Shown piece after piece: positions 63,493 through 64,000 of a stretch of 64,000 nucleotides of DNA. Position numbers and translations under genes: made by a program. Each line of letters opens with the position of its first letter. Position 1 is the first letter of the stretch. Source of the stretch: Novakomyces olei (Eukaryota); the NCBI GenBank assembly GCA_016906335.1, contig JADEYG010000004.1:620001-684000 (forward strand), read 5' to 3'. The notes below the pieces were generated by a model. That model was not told where the DNA came from and ran no database searches. It saw only the letters and a list, made by a program, of their open reading frames with translations.

Positions 63493-64000
63493 AATTTTGT
63501 ACCAAGTAATAGTAGAATAATAATATAAGTAACGTTGTGTTATCATTTTGCCATTATTTTTTAAGTAATCCGCGCGTAGCCGCTGGCGGCCTGACAATAA
63601 TATAACAAAGCAACCAATCATACTCGCCCGAGTTTTATCTGTGTTTGATCCAAGTAGACCCGCGCCTTTTTTTAAAAGTCAAGTAATCTCCAAGAATAGA
63701 GCATCACTCGAATACGTTCTTGTGCTGCAAAAGTCCCTCGGATTACTTGCAAAAATATTCGCATGAAATTATTTCAAGAATCTAGCGGCAGAGCCTCTGT
63801 TGAGCATACAATTGAGAAAGGAACGCGTATTAGGTAGATAGCTATGTTACAATTATCTTTGTTGTAGAATATTATACTATATATCATGTTTTTTTGGCCT
63901 CCGAATCACCACAGTGAAGCAAAGGTATCTTTGAGTGGATAAAGGCCCACATGGATTCCTCTCATGTTTAAATATGACAAAAAGGTACAAATTTTGGGCT

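Overview
Intron-containing fungal (ascomycete) nuclear DNA in the standard genetic code. Short introns with CTAAY branch points close to the 3' AG suggest an early-diverging yeast-like lineage (inference). Genes in order: Fpr3/4-type nucleoplasmin-FKBP (5'-truncated), Cdc25, THOC7, Nup159/Nup146, tRNA-Arg(ACG), Pth2, an unknown probably mitochondrial protein, Vps71, Sgs1/RecQ, a Cas1-type O-acetyltransferase homolog, an MFS transporter, an intronless His-rich TPR protein, LAMMER kinase, proteasome beta5, a GT15 mannosyltransferase, Tra1, a Trk K+ transporter and Mcm5. The ~5 kb between vps71 and sgs1 has no intact gene. It holds a ~370-bp tandem duplication, 70-, 66- and 9-bp tandem arrays, a badly decayed Ty1/copia RT-RNase H relic and a possible intron-bearing pseudogene behind an MCB/CACGTG-rich promoter. 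The most notable items are the copia relic with an internal minisatellite, the Cas1 homolog with GDS replaced by GDF, the TPR+MFS+Cas1 accessory block, the head-to-head THOC7/Nup159 pair and a Pro-rich higher-order repeat in Nup159. All calls come from manual reading and recalled motifs; no database search was run.
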